Shown here: positions 50,547 through 62,349 of the stretch, one piece after another
Layout: every line of letters begins with the position of its first letter
How positions within the stretch are numbered: position 1 is the stretch's first letter
Source of the DNA: Eledone cirrhosa
Taxonomy: Eukaryota
Direction: 5' to 3'
DNA: 64,000 nt
Assembly: GCA_964016885.1 (NCBI GenBank)
Contig: OZ024754.1
Span: 34,348,001-34,412,000, forward strand
The notes under the pieces: model-generated
What the model was told of the DNA's origin: nothing
Databases searched by the model: none
The model's input: only the letters and a program-made list of their open reading frames with translations
Position numbers and translations under genes: made by a program

Positions 50547-50683
50547 CAATATAAACAGTCTTATAAATAGATAGGTTTGACATACCTTACAACTTCAACT
50601 TCCATTTAAAAAGTTGATTTTTAAATGGAAGTTGAAGTTGTAAGGTATGTCAAACCTATCTATTTATAAGACTGTTTATATTG

Positions 50684-50749
50684 TATTTTGTCTGAAGAAG
50701 GCATACCATATTTTTAATATGATATCCCTGAAATATATATAATGAAATA
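50684..50749 (+). ncRNA. Minimal type I hammerhead ribozyme motif (right arm of palindrome)
   Basis: TATTTTGT CTGAAGA AGGCATACCATATT-TTT-AATATGATATCCCT GAAA TATATAT A ATGAAATA: stem I 8 bp with two G-U pairs, stem II with 2 mismatches, palindromic stem III, AUA triplet. Confidence 0.6.
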
Positions 50750-50875
50750 AATATGGTTTTATAAATATAGTTTCCATTTATTTAATATCGTAAATATACT
50801 CCAAATACTTGTTGAGTGCTTTTATATCAGTTATAAATATTTACTCGTTGTAACCCAACAATTTAAATAAAACTT

Positions 50876-50926
<51 letters not shown>

Positions 50927-51064
50927 CATTAATAAAGATGCTGATGTTACATAAATCGTTTATTCATTATAATTATTTCAACGGTATCCTCAAATGAAAT
51001 TCGATTTTGTGATATGCCGCCGGCAGGAAAAACACGTCCTTCTGCTCATCGCCCTCAGAAGTTA

Positions 51065-51259
51065 CGAGGCTCGGCTGAAAAGTCCATAGGCTGATCAAGA
51101 TACTCTCATGGATTGACCAAATGAGGTTTATTTTTCAACATAGTCTCCAGACAGGAAAAAATGCAGTTATTAATGATAAAAGTTGAAATTAATGCATGCA
51201 AGATTTCTCAGCACTATCATTCCTCCTTCATAACCTATGAACTATTCAGCCTACCCTCG
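51065..51259. mobile_element. Mariner-derived MITE; related end at 29428-29560
   Basis: Imperfect TIR CGAGGCTCGGCTGAAAAGTCCATAGG / CCTATGAACTATTCAGCCTACCCTCG. Confidence 0.7.
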
Positions 51260-54259
51260 AAATCCGAGGTATTACTGGTATTGTTTGTTAACCCGAAGTA
51301 ATGTCAAAGATCAAAGGAATACACATATTGTCGCATTGAACAGACGAACACTTTTTATCAAAAAAATTTTATTTATCCATTTTTTAATAGTTACTATATG
51401 AAAGGTTTGCCTTTAAAAAATATAAAATCACTAGCAATGACATACAAAACACTTGCCAATGAAATGTGTACCACATTGGATACATGCAAGGCCATATTAT
51501 TCATAAAGCTAATGAATTGGCAGTATCGGTAGAGCGTCGGACAACATCCTTTGCAGCATTGAGTTATGGCCCGTTACGTTCTGAGTTCAAATCCCGCTGG
51601 GGTTAGCTTTGCCTTTCATCCATATGGGGTCGGTAAAATAAAGTACCAGTAACGCACTGGAATCGAGTTCATCGTCTTTCTCCTCCCACCAAAATTGTTG
51701 GCCTTGTGCCTAAATCAGAAACCATTATTCATAAAGGTGACTGACGCATGACCTAGTGATTAGGGTGCTGGATTCACGATCAAAAGGTCATAGGTTCAAT
51801 TTCTGGACGGGACGTTGGATTGTGTTCATGAACAACACATTTCATTTTACATTGCTTTTCGTGATAAGAACACGAAAAAAAACCTTAAAAAAAAGCTCCT
51901 ACGAGATGCAACCTTATAGAAAGCCAACTAAACCTACATAAGTGTGAACTATAACAACGATTAGTCTGAGAAAGCTCACATGATATACAACTTTGGAGGA
52001 AACCAGCTAAAAATATATAGGTGCTAACTGTACATTTTCATATATTTGGTCGGATATTTTCTAAAAGCTGTTGTATTTCTTCATATCTGTCTCCATCCCT
52101 CTCTCATTATTTCTCTGCTACTCTTATTTTTTTCTTTCTAGCTTTCAATGTCTTTATATTTTCATATCTGTCTCCCTTACCCCCTCCCTCATTCTCATAT
52201 TCTGCTCTATATCTATATTTTTCTCCCTCACCCCTTCTACTCCTCCATGTCTTCCTCACCATTTCCACTCCACTCCATATCACCCACTCACACTTCCTCT
52301 CATGATACACACTATTCCAGTATGTGATTAATCCTACCTAGCTAAGTGCACATTGTTTATGCCTGTTCTATAAATAGTGTTTTAAAAATAGTCAGGTTTG
52401 GTACAATCTTCAATCTGTTATCATTAAGACCCTGCTAGAATAGGCATGAAGAAGCTTTTTGTCTACAAAATTAACTCTGAACATCCTGTACCACATGAAA
52501 CCATATTAGCAAGACATTCTTGAAAAGTACAAAACACTATGACTGCATCTCCTTATAAATTCAAGTCTTTACTTTAATATCTCAAATTTTCACAATCTGC
52601 CCACTAGTAAAGATACTATAAACATTTTAATTAACAAACCACATTAGTATGGCATTCTTGAAAAATTCAAAACAGCATTGTGTATTACATTAACCCTTTA
52701 GCATTTAAACTGGGTGTATCTGGCCAGAATTCTCTCACCTCTTTCTGTTCAAACCAGCCGTAACTGGCTACTCATACTTGTGTTAAGGTATTGTTCTCAA
52801 AATAAATAATATCAAAATCTCATAGATTCAATATTATGTGAGATAAAGTGTTTGCCGTGAAAATACATTAGTAAATATAAAGTAATGTAAATGCTAAAGA
52901 GTTTAAAAAGTCTCTCCTCTGATGTAAATGTTCACAATGATTTGAGTACTAGTGACTAAACATTTGAATTAATAAAGTAATTTTTAGTTATTTTCTGCTA
53001 AATCATTACAAGAAAGACTTTTTCTTTGCTTGGGGACTATGCTAACTTCTAGAAATCTCTGGTTTAGTAGTTCCATGAAAAGGAAGGAACATTGTCAGTT
53101 TGAAATAAAATTCTACAAGCACAGAAGTGCTGTGCTGTTAGCTAGACCTATTCAAGATGTGTACTGAGCACTGAAAATATTCTATATGTGAAGGTACATA
53201 ACCAAGTGGTTAGGGTACTGGACTCACAAACATAAGGTCATAGATTAAATTCTTGGACTGGGCAGTGTGTTGTGTTTTGGAGCAACAAGCTTCATTTCAC
53301 GTTGCTTTTCATTATAGGACTGGGGCCCATATCTGTAGAAACCTCCTATGAAATACAACCTTACAAGGTTGTATCTCATAGGAGGCCAGTTAAACCAACA
53401 TAGGTGTGTACTGTAACTCATTTCATTTCACTCAATTAGTGTCTGAGCAGTATGTGGCTTGTGAAGTTCTGTGAAATACCTGTTGCCATGTGTAAAATGG
53501 ATTTAGCTACCTATTCAGATTATACTTGCCACTCTCACTCACCTTTAAACACATTTAATGGAAGCCACTCATCCCTTCCCTTAATTGTCCCCTTCTTCTC
53601 TAAGTGGAACTTGAAAAAGTTAATTAGATCTTAGCTGAAAAAGAAAATGTTCGTGTTTTCAGTTTTTGTCCACCGCATAGCGTTACTCACCATAACCTCT
53701 AGTCAGTAGAGTAGCCTTCAGGACCCTGGTCCTATCATGAAAAGCCATGTGAAATTATGAAGCATTGTTGCTTATGAGCAAAAGGCACAGCTTGTCCAGA
53801 AATTGAAACTAAGACCATACAATCATGAGACTGACACCTAAACCACAAGGCCACACGCCTACACAAAATGAAAGTAAAAATAAGAAGTAGTCTGTGAAAG
53901 ATGGTCATGTTCCTCAAACATAATTTTATGTTTAGATCTCCATGACAACAACATTTTTAATTCATTCAGCTCTGGTGTATAACCAAATTCCTCGCTTTTC
54001 ACCACACTGCCATTCCTCCCACCCACCAACTAGCATTGAAGATAATTCTTCACATCACGACGAAGATGCAGTAAAAATACTAAAACCAAAATCTTTTTTA
54101 TTTCCAAAGTAAATATATATATAGTGGTAGAACACTGGAAGGTAATATCCGTAGTGGTAGAGCACTCAGTCCATGGAACAAGTTAGGTAGAAGTGGTTAC
54201 ACAACAGTTGGTTCACCATACCGAGAACAATTGTTTCACCGTAGCGGATCCTCAGCTCG

Positions 54260-54601
54260 TACGTTGCACTTCCAGACGGCGAGGGTCCTCCTATGGTGCT
54301 GACATGCAGCGTATGTGCGAGACTCTGCCTAAGCGAAGCTGGACTCGAAAGTCATCTTCGCAGTCATAAAGTAAGACCAGTGGTTGACTACCAGGCTGCT
54401 GTTGGAGATGCTACTCATCATGCTTGCCAAACATGTGGTAGAGAATGTAAATCAGCAGGAGGGCTCAAGCGACATGCAAAAGTACATGAACTCCAACCAC
54501 AGCTGACTATTCCCAGTAAATGTTTTGGTTGCCGACTCTGTGCAAGACATTTTAGATCATTGGCTGGGCTAAAAAGCCACATTCGATCGCAGCGCTGTTA
54601 G
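54260..54601 (+). mobile_element. Three tandem C2H2-type zinc fingers, probably the C-terminal fragment of an RTE-type LINE ORF
   Basis: CSVC...GLESHLRSH, CQTC...GLKRHAKVH, CRLC...GLKSHIRSQ; GLxSH finger type with no TGEKP linkers. Confidence 0.55.
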
Positions 54602-54689
54602 TTGCTATCGTGTGTATGTGTGTGTGTAGATATGCTTATGTGTGTGCGTGTGTGTGTGTATATATATATGTATATTATTATTGTTGTTG

Positions 54690-55990
54690 TCGTTCCTTGT
54701 CCTAAGCCTCGCCTGACTGCGCTGGAGCGTTTGCTCTTTCGCTTTTTGTGGAAGGGACGTGCTCCGATGGTCAGGCGGTCCATCTGTTGTCAACACCCGC
54801 TACGTGGAGGGCTGGGCATGCCGTGGCTGATGATGCGCAGGCACGCGCTCAGGCTACGACATCTCCACCTCTTCCTCGACGGTGATCAGGTGTGGTCGCC
54901 GTTTGCTAGACGCGTTTTTCCCCAGCTCGTTTCCTTGACGGAGCTGCAGTCCTGGGTCAAGCGAAGACCGAGAGGGAGCGCCTGGAGACTGGAATGTCTT
55001 CAGGCGCTCACAGCCCTCGACCAATCGGGCAATGTGATCGGTGGAAACTCCACCTCGGCGTTCTATAGAGGATTAGTGGAGGGGAAGAGCGACGACGTAC
55101 TTGGGGAAACTCTAGGCGTCGACGAAAATCAACTAGCCAATCTCTTCGGAAGAACTTTCGGGCCAGGGCCTATGGACAACTTCCAGAAATCTCTGGCCTG
55201 GCAGTGCTACCGAGGAGCCTTGCCAGTTCGGGATAAACTCTACAGGCATGGAGGTGCCGTCAGCCGGGCATGTCCGAGATGCGCGCAGGGCGACGAAACC
55301 GTCCTGCACGCACTCGTCCAGTGTCCGAAAATTGCTGACTTGTGGGTTTATGTCGAACACCTGCTGTCGCGTTTAGGACGGATCCAGCTATCATCTGAGT
55401 CTATCGTGAGGATTGCCCCGCCCTCCTCCTTTAACCGGGAAGGGCAGGCAGTTTTTATCTGTCTGGTGGCCATGGCGAAAGAGATAGTATGGTGGACACG
55501 TTTGAAAGGGCTGAAGACGAGCACTTACCTCTTCGGTGATGCTCTGATTGACTTTTTCAAATTTCATTTGAAAAGGAAAATCAGAGTAGAGAAGGAAGTG
55601 CTCTCTTCCCAGCATTTTGTTGAAAGATGGGTGAGAGAAGCAAGAATGGCCCGAGTGAATGGGCCGACTCTGAGTATATATCTGTAAACTAAAGGTGGAA
55701 AACTGGGAGAGGGCACTTGCCTTGGTGGTCAGGGTCATTGTGGCTTTTTACTGGGCTTTCTCCACAAATGTCCCTCCGAAGTCCCCCCCCCCCCTATTGG
55801 GGAATTTTTCATTGTTATTTTCATTCTTATTTTTGTTACATCCTCTGTTTTTGTTTTTTTACACGCAGAAATGCCCATTTGTACCGTCCTGCATTGTCCT
55901 GCACTGTCCTTAATGTCTACTTTATGTAAACCCTTGTGGTTAATAAAGAAATCATTATTGTTGTTGTCGTTATTATTATTGTTATTATTA
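54690..55990 (+). mobile_element. 5'-truncated L1/Tx1-clade LINE 3' end (ORF2 C-terminus with zf-RVT-like CCHC, 3' UTR, (ATT)n tail)
   Basis: FRFLWKG, GGLGMP, W...RGALPVRDKL, CPRC...ETVLHALVQCP; stop at 55687; AATAAA near 55942 followed by (ATT)n; GC-rich with no in-frame stops. Confidence 0.85.
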
Positions 55991-56141
55991 TTATTATTAT
56001 TATTGTTATTAATGTGTGTGTGTGTGTGTGTGTATGTGTGTATGTATATGTATATATATATTTTTTTATTTATTTATTTATTTTTTTTTTTTTTTTTCTC
56101 CTCGTGCAATGGCCATACTCGATAACGAGGGGGCAGCCATC

Positions 56142-56148
56142 ATGTATG

Positions 56149-56191
<43 letters not shown>

Positions 56192-56534
56192 ATGTATGTA
56201 TATATATATATATGTGTGTATGTATGTATGTATGTATATATATATATATGTGTGTATGTATGTATATATATATATATGTGTGTATGTATGTATATATATA
56301 TATATGTGTGTATGTATGTATATATATATATATGTGTGTATGTATGTATATATATATATATGTGTGTATGTATGTATATATATATATATGTGTGTATGTA
56401 TGTATATATGTGTGTATGTGTATGTATTTATATATATGTGTATGTATGTATGTATATGTATATATATGTGTGTGTATGAATGTATGTATATATATGTATG
56501 TATGTATATATGTGTATATATATATATATGTGTG

Positions 56535-56566
<32 letters not shown>

Positions 56567-57302
56567 TATATGTATGTATGTATATATATATATGTATGTA
56601 TATATATATATGTATGTATGTATATATATGTATGTATGTATATATATATATGTGTGTATGTATATGTATGTATGTATATATATATATATATGTGTGTGTA
56701 TGTATATGTATGTATGTATATATATATATATATATATGTGTGTATGTATATATATATGTATGTATATATATATATATATGTGTGTATGTATATATATATA
56801 TATGTATGTATGTATATATATATATATATGTGTGTATGTATATATATATATATGTATGTATGTATATATATATATATATATGTGTGTATGTATGTATATA
56901 TATATGTGTGTATGTATGTATATATATGTATGTATGTATGTGTATGTATGTATGTATATGTATGTATGTATATATATATATATGGGTGTATGTATGTATA
57001 TATGTGTATGTATGTATATATATATATATGTGTGTGTGTATGTATATATGTGTGTGTGTATGTATATATGTGTGTGTATGTATATATGTATGTGTATGTA
57101 TGTATATATATATATATGTGTGTATGTGTATGTATGTATGTATGTATATATATATATATATATATGTGTGTATATGTATGTGTATGTATGTATGTATATA
57201 TATATATATATATATATGTGTGTATATGTATGTGTATGTATGTATGTATATATATATATATATATATATGTGTGTATATGTATGTGTATGTATGTATGTA
57301 TG

Positions 57303-57333
<31 letters not shown>

Positions 57334-57517
57334 ATATATATATATGTGTGTGTATGTATATATATATATATGTGTGTGTATGTATATATGTATGTGTATG
57401 TATGTATGTATGTATGTATATATATATATGTGTGTGTATGTATATATGTGTGTGTGTATGTATATATGTATGTGTGTATGTATATATGTATGTATGTATA
57501 TATATATATATATATAT
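56142..57517. repeat. Long compound TA/TG/TATG microsatellite (~1.4 kb)
   Basis: Direct reading; source of the long Y/I/V/C/M pseudo-ORFs. Confidence 0.97.
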
Positions 57518-57708
57518 AGGAACCAGTAAGACCCCGACAGCTGAGCTCAAGCCGTTTCGACGGCTAATTATGTCCAGAATTAGCCGTCGAAACGGCTTGA
57601 GCTCAGCTGTCGGGGTCTTACTGGTTCCTATTACCCACTCTACTACCTCAAGTATTGAGTACTTTGGTGCGTTATGGTCCACCTGGTTCCTTACCACATT
57701 TCCTTCGT

Positions 57709-57710
<2 letters not shown>
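57516..57710 (+). mobile_element. Fold-back element with a perfect 54-bp hairpin and an HHR 3' half; related copies at 61508-61678 and 58295-58340
   Basis: Arms 57516-57569 / 57578-57631; tail TACCCACTCTACTACC...CCTTCGTTA is shared in reverse with 61508-61590. Confidence 0.7.
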
Positions 57711-57739
<29 letters not shown>

Positions 57740-57932
57740 ATGTATATATGTGTGTATGTATATATGTATGTATGTATATATATATATGTGTGTGTATGTA
57801 TATATGTATGTGTGTATGTATATATGTATGTGTGTATATATATATATATGTGTGTGTGTATGTATGTATGTATGTATGTATGTATGTGTATGTATGTATG
57901 TGTATATATATATATATGTATGTATATATATA

Positions 57933-58265
57933 TGGAGGCACATGGCTTAGTGGTTAGAGCATTGGCCTTGCAATCGATAGGTTGTGAGTTCAATTCTCAG
58001 ACCGGGTGATGTGTTGTTTCCTTGAGCAAGACACTTTATTTCACATTGCTCCAGTTTACTCAGCTGTAGAAATGAGATTGCAGACTGGGGTCCCTATCAT
58101 TCCACTGCAAAGTGGTCGTGTAGGTGTCACGGAAAAAAAAGCACCCAGCACTCACTGTAAATGAGGTTGGTGTTAGGAAGGGCATCCAGCTGTAGAAATC
58201 AAGCCAGAATCAGTTCCCGTCCCACCCTTGCAAGCAGGGAAAAGTGGACGTAAAATGATGATGAT
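57933..58265 (+). mobile_element. SINE family A copy
   Basis: Near-identical to 8367-8712 and 32588-32933. Confidence 0.9.
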
Positions 58266-58832
58266 ATATATATATATATATGTATGTATGAAAAGATTCA
58301 GGACCCCGACGGCTGAGCTCCGGCCGTTTCGACAGCTAGATCCAAACTGTGTGTGTATATTTTTTTCCGTTATTTTGTTTTTATTTCGCCATAGCTTATA
58401 TAAGTTATCTTGATTTATGTTAGTATTTCACTCGTTTTTCTGTTAAGCTTTTCATCCTAATACAATATATACTTATCAATATTGCAATTGAAGAAATAAT
58501 TGTTTCTACTTTTGTCACAAGGCCAGCAAATTACCCAGTGCATTACTGGTACTTTATTTTATCGACCTCGTAAGGATGAAAGGCAAAGTTAACCTCGGCG
58601 GGATTTGATCTCAGAATGGCAAGGGCCGTAACTCTATACGTCAAAGCATGGCGTCCGACCCTCTACCGATATTGCCAATCCACCTAAAAAAAAATGGTTT
58701 GAAAATTGTGTATTTTATATTGTTTAAGGTTCTATGCATCCATTCGACGACAGTCAGCTGCCACATTTTAAAAAAATTTAGTTTCGACCCTTGTATTGTT
58801 TTTACAATTTTTTTTAAAGTTTATTTGAAACT

Positions 58833-59804
58833 ATGGTTTCTAAAATAACCGGCATCGACATGCCCATAATCGGTCTTGGCACATGGAATGCAACCGATGA
58901 GGGAGAAATCGAACTAGCTATAACCGCAGCTCTGGATGTTGGCTATCGTCATATCGACACGGCTCCGATGTACGCCAACGAAGCTTATATAGGTAAAGCC
59001 CTGAACAAATATTTCAGAAGGGGTAAGGTGTCACGGAAAGACGTGTTTATCACCTCCAAACTATGGTTGAGTGACATGGCGAAAGATGATGTGAGGCCAT
59101 CTCTGACGCAATCCCTACAAAATCTCCAAGTTGATTACGTTGATCTCTTTCTAATAAATGCTCCTTTTGGAGTAAAGAATACAAGAGATGGGACTCGGTT
59201 TCCCAGAGATAAAAACAAAAAAATTATTTTGGAAAATTACGATTTTGTTGAAACATGGCACGCTTTAGAGAACTTGGTGAATGAAGGCAAAACCCGTTTT
59301 ATCGGCGTGTCGAATTTTAATTCTGTTCAAATTGAACGAATTTGTAGGAATGCCAAAAAAATCAAACCATTGACCAACCAAGTTGAATGCCATATTTACC
59401 TAAATCAGATGCAACTACAGAAATTTTGCCAGGAAAGAAATATTCATCTCACTGCTTTTGCTCCACTTGGTTCTCCAGGAAGGATTAAAGTCTGTCTTGA
59501 AAGTTACGATTCAGACTTAGAGGTTTTACTAGACGACACTCTAAGAGCAATAGCAAAGAAATATAAAAAAACTGCTGCTCAGGTTATGTTGCGGTATCTA
59601 ATCCAACGTAATATTACAGTCATTCCAAAAAGCAGCAATCCAAATCGGATCCAAGAAAATTTCAACATATTTGATTTTCAGCTCTCACCAGAAGAGATGG
59701 CACGTATTAATGAAGAGAAATCTGTCTGCAGGTATTTTACATTTGAAAAATCGGTTCCACACTTGTTAAAGCACTCGGAATATCCGTTCCACATCCCTTA
59801 TTAG
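58833..59804 (+). CDS. Aldo-keto reductase family 1-like protein, single-exon ORF (323 aa)
   Basis: MPIIGLGTW, GYRHIDTAPMY, VFITSKLW, YVDLFLI, IGVSNFN, NQVECH, AFAPLGSP, IPKSSNPNRIQEN, C-terminal YPF; uninterrupted ORF. Confidence 0.93.
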   Translation: MVSKITGIDMPIIGLGTWNATDEGEIELAITAALDVGYRHIDTAPMYANEAYIGKALNKYFRRGKVSRKDVFITSKLWLSDMAKDDVRPSLTQSLQNLQVDYVDLFLINAPFGVKNTRDGTRFPRDKNKKIILENYDFVETWHALENLVNEGKTRFIGVSNFNSVQIERICRNAKKIKPLTNQVECHIYLNQMQLQKFCQERNIHLTAFAPLGSPGRIKVCLESYDSDLEVLLDDTLRAIAKKYKKTAAQVMLRYLIQRNITVIPKSSNPNRIQENFNIFDFQLSPEEMARINEEKSVCRYFTFEKSVPHLLKHSEYPFHIPY

Positions 59805-60590
59805 ACAATCAAAAGATTTATGTCTATCAGAAGTAAATTAAAATTACTAGTATCACAAAAGTTCTGGTTACATGTGTTTTTTTGTGGCATACACCCACAT
59901 AATAGTTATTGAGAATTTTGGGAAAGAAATATGGTGTGAAACATTTTACAGTCAATGTTTTTATTATTATCTCCTTTATTTTTATTTTCAAGGGTGGTAG
60001 ATAGCACAATCGATAGAGCGTCAGACAAAACGCTTTGCGATATTAAGTCACATTACAAATTCAAAAGTTATCTGTTTTACGAGTATTCGCTACCACCTTA
60101 ATTTTAATAAAACATTAACTGGAACAACAATTGTTTTTAAGAGAGAATTTTTTTTTTCTTTTTAAATTTCTATCTCGTGGAACTAATTTTGGGAAACACT
60201 GCCCTATTTCATGCGTGAGTTAGTCGTGGAGTGGCAGAAATGGAGTGTGCCTTATAGTATTTAATTCAATAATTCAACGCATTGTCAGGTTGCCTTTGCC
60301 TGTCGTTCCTCCCTTGTCAATAGAATAAATGCTACAGAGGAGAGGAAGGAAGAGCATCCCGTTGTACAATGCTACCCGCTCACCAAATCCCGTCTAAACC
60401 AAGCAAGCATGAAAAAACAGACGTAAAATGATGATATTTAATTTAATATAATTGTTTCTACTTTTGGCACAAGGCCAGCAATTACGCAGTACATTACTGG
60501 TACTTTATTTTATCGACCCCGTAAAGATGAAAGGCAAAGTTAACCTCGGCGGGATTTGAACTCAGATTATAAAGGGCCGTAACTCCATAC

Positions 60591-60622
<32 letters not shown>

Positions 60623-61507
60623 GCAGTAATTCGATGCTCTTTTCGACGGAGTTGCTTTTACATGATCAAATCGGCCAACATGAAGCTGACCTCTCTCTCT
60701 CTCTCAAGCCTTCGAAATTCATTACAAACTTGAACTGTCCCAGGCCCCGCAAGGTCTAAATCTGATCCTGTGTCCATATATGCTAGTAAAATATATGGTA
60801 TAGTAATTACTATACTCGAATATAAAGCGATCTGAATATATCTACTCCCTCTCTTATTTTATGTCTGAGAAATAGGCAAAAGTCCAAACCTTGTTTATAT
60901 GTCGAGGCAGCTATTTAGATGGTGCGGAGAATATATTTGTGAAGTTTTAATATTTTGACATTTTTAGAGTATACCCCCCCCCCCCCCCACACACACACAC
61001 ACACACACAATTGCATTACGTAAAGATTTTTATTCATTCAAAACATCAAAAACAATAGGAAATACGAATTTTATGACGAAAGTGAAACCGGTGTAATATT
61101 CACTTCCAAAGTGAAAATATTTTAGTACTTCATTTATGTAGAATTTGAAGTTGGTGAAAATAGGCAAAATATTAACCTCGAATATAAGTAGACCCATTTT
61201 ACCATCGATCTTTTTGTCACACATTCTCGACTTATATACGAGTATATACGGTAATTTTAAATACATAATATGTACACACGTACACTTGTGTGTTATTTTC
61301 CTAGTGCAGCTAGGCATAGTAATCTCCCTTAGACCAAACTTGAAACTGTTCCTATAGTTGATCTCTCAATATAGTACTCTTACTGGTATAAGTTATTAGA
61401 CAGCGGCCATGCTAGGATGCCGCCTTTATATATAAACCCGTCCAACCCATTCTTGCGTGGAAAATGGACGTTAAACGATGATGATGATACACTTATATAT
61501 ATATATA

Positions 61508-61678
61508 TAACGAAGGAAGTGTTGTAATGAACCAGATGGACCATAACGCACCAGATTACTCAATACTTAGGGTAGTAGAGTGGGTAATAGGGAAATGTTT
61601 CACCTCCGTTTCGACGGCTATTTCCAGAAATAGCCGTCGAAACGGCTTGAGCTCTGCCGTCAGGGTTAAACATTTTCA
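61508..61678 (-). mobile_element. Second copy of the fold-back HHR-half element
   Basis: Hairpin CCGTTTCGACGGCTATTTC-CA-GAAATAGCCGTCGAAACGG at 61606-61645; tail homologous to 57630-57710. Confidence 0.7.
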
Positions 61679-61694
61679 TATATATATATATATA

Positions 61695-62349
61695 AGTATG
61701 TACACGTACATACATATACATATATGTATACAGACGTACAGTAGTATGTATATATATATACATACATGCACACACATATATATATGTACGTATGGATTCA
61801 CCGAACATTTATTATAACGCTTGGTGTGTTTGTAAACAAACATCCCGTATTAAACCGTAGTGTCCAGCAACCATCGTTGCTTGTTTGTTCAACACTGACA
61901 AAGGAACGCTGTACTAGTTTCAAGCTTATTAGCTATCGTCAGCAACGTATACCTTCCTGCCAGATTGTTGAACGTATATACTTACCTTATGCATATTAAC
62001 GGCTGAGTAGCCCAATTTGCATATCGAGTTGGTTAATCGGCCGGGTGCACCGAAAACGATAAACGGAAAAAATGAAACGAAATTTCATTTCCCAATCTTA
62101 GTACGGCTGTTACTTAAATATCAGTATGTACACGTACATACATATATGTATACAGACGTACAGTAGTATGTATATATATATACATACATGCACACATATA
62201 TATATATATATATATGTACGTATGGATTCACCAAACATTTATTATAACGCTCGGTGTGTTTGTAAACAAACATCCCGTATTAAGCCGTAGTGTCCAGCAA
62301 CCATCGTTGCTTGTTTGTTCAACACTATGAAATTTCGTTTCATTTTTCC

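Larger units (their letters stand above)
50443..50788. repeat. Long near-perfect palindrome (~170-bp arms, 5-nt loop)
   Basis: 50443-50612 is the reverse complement of 50618-50788 with about 2 differences. Confidence 0.95.

Noticed and set aside
55936-58009. Very long ORFs (527-644 aa) on both strands
   Set aside because: Translations of TA/TG microsatellite, which lacks stop codons; no protein features.
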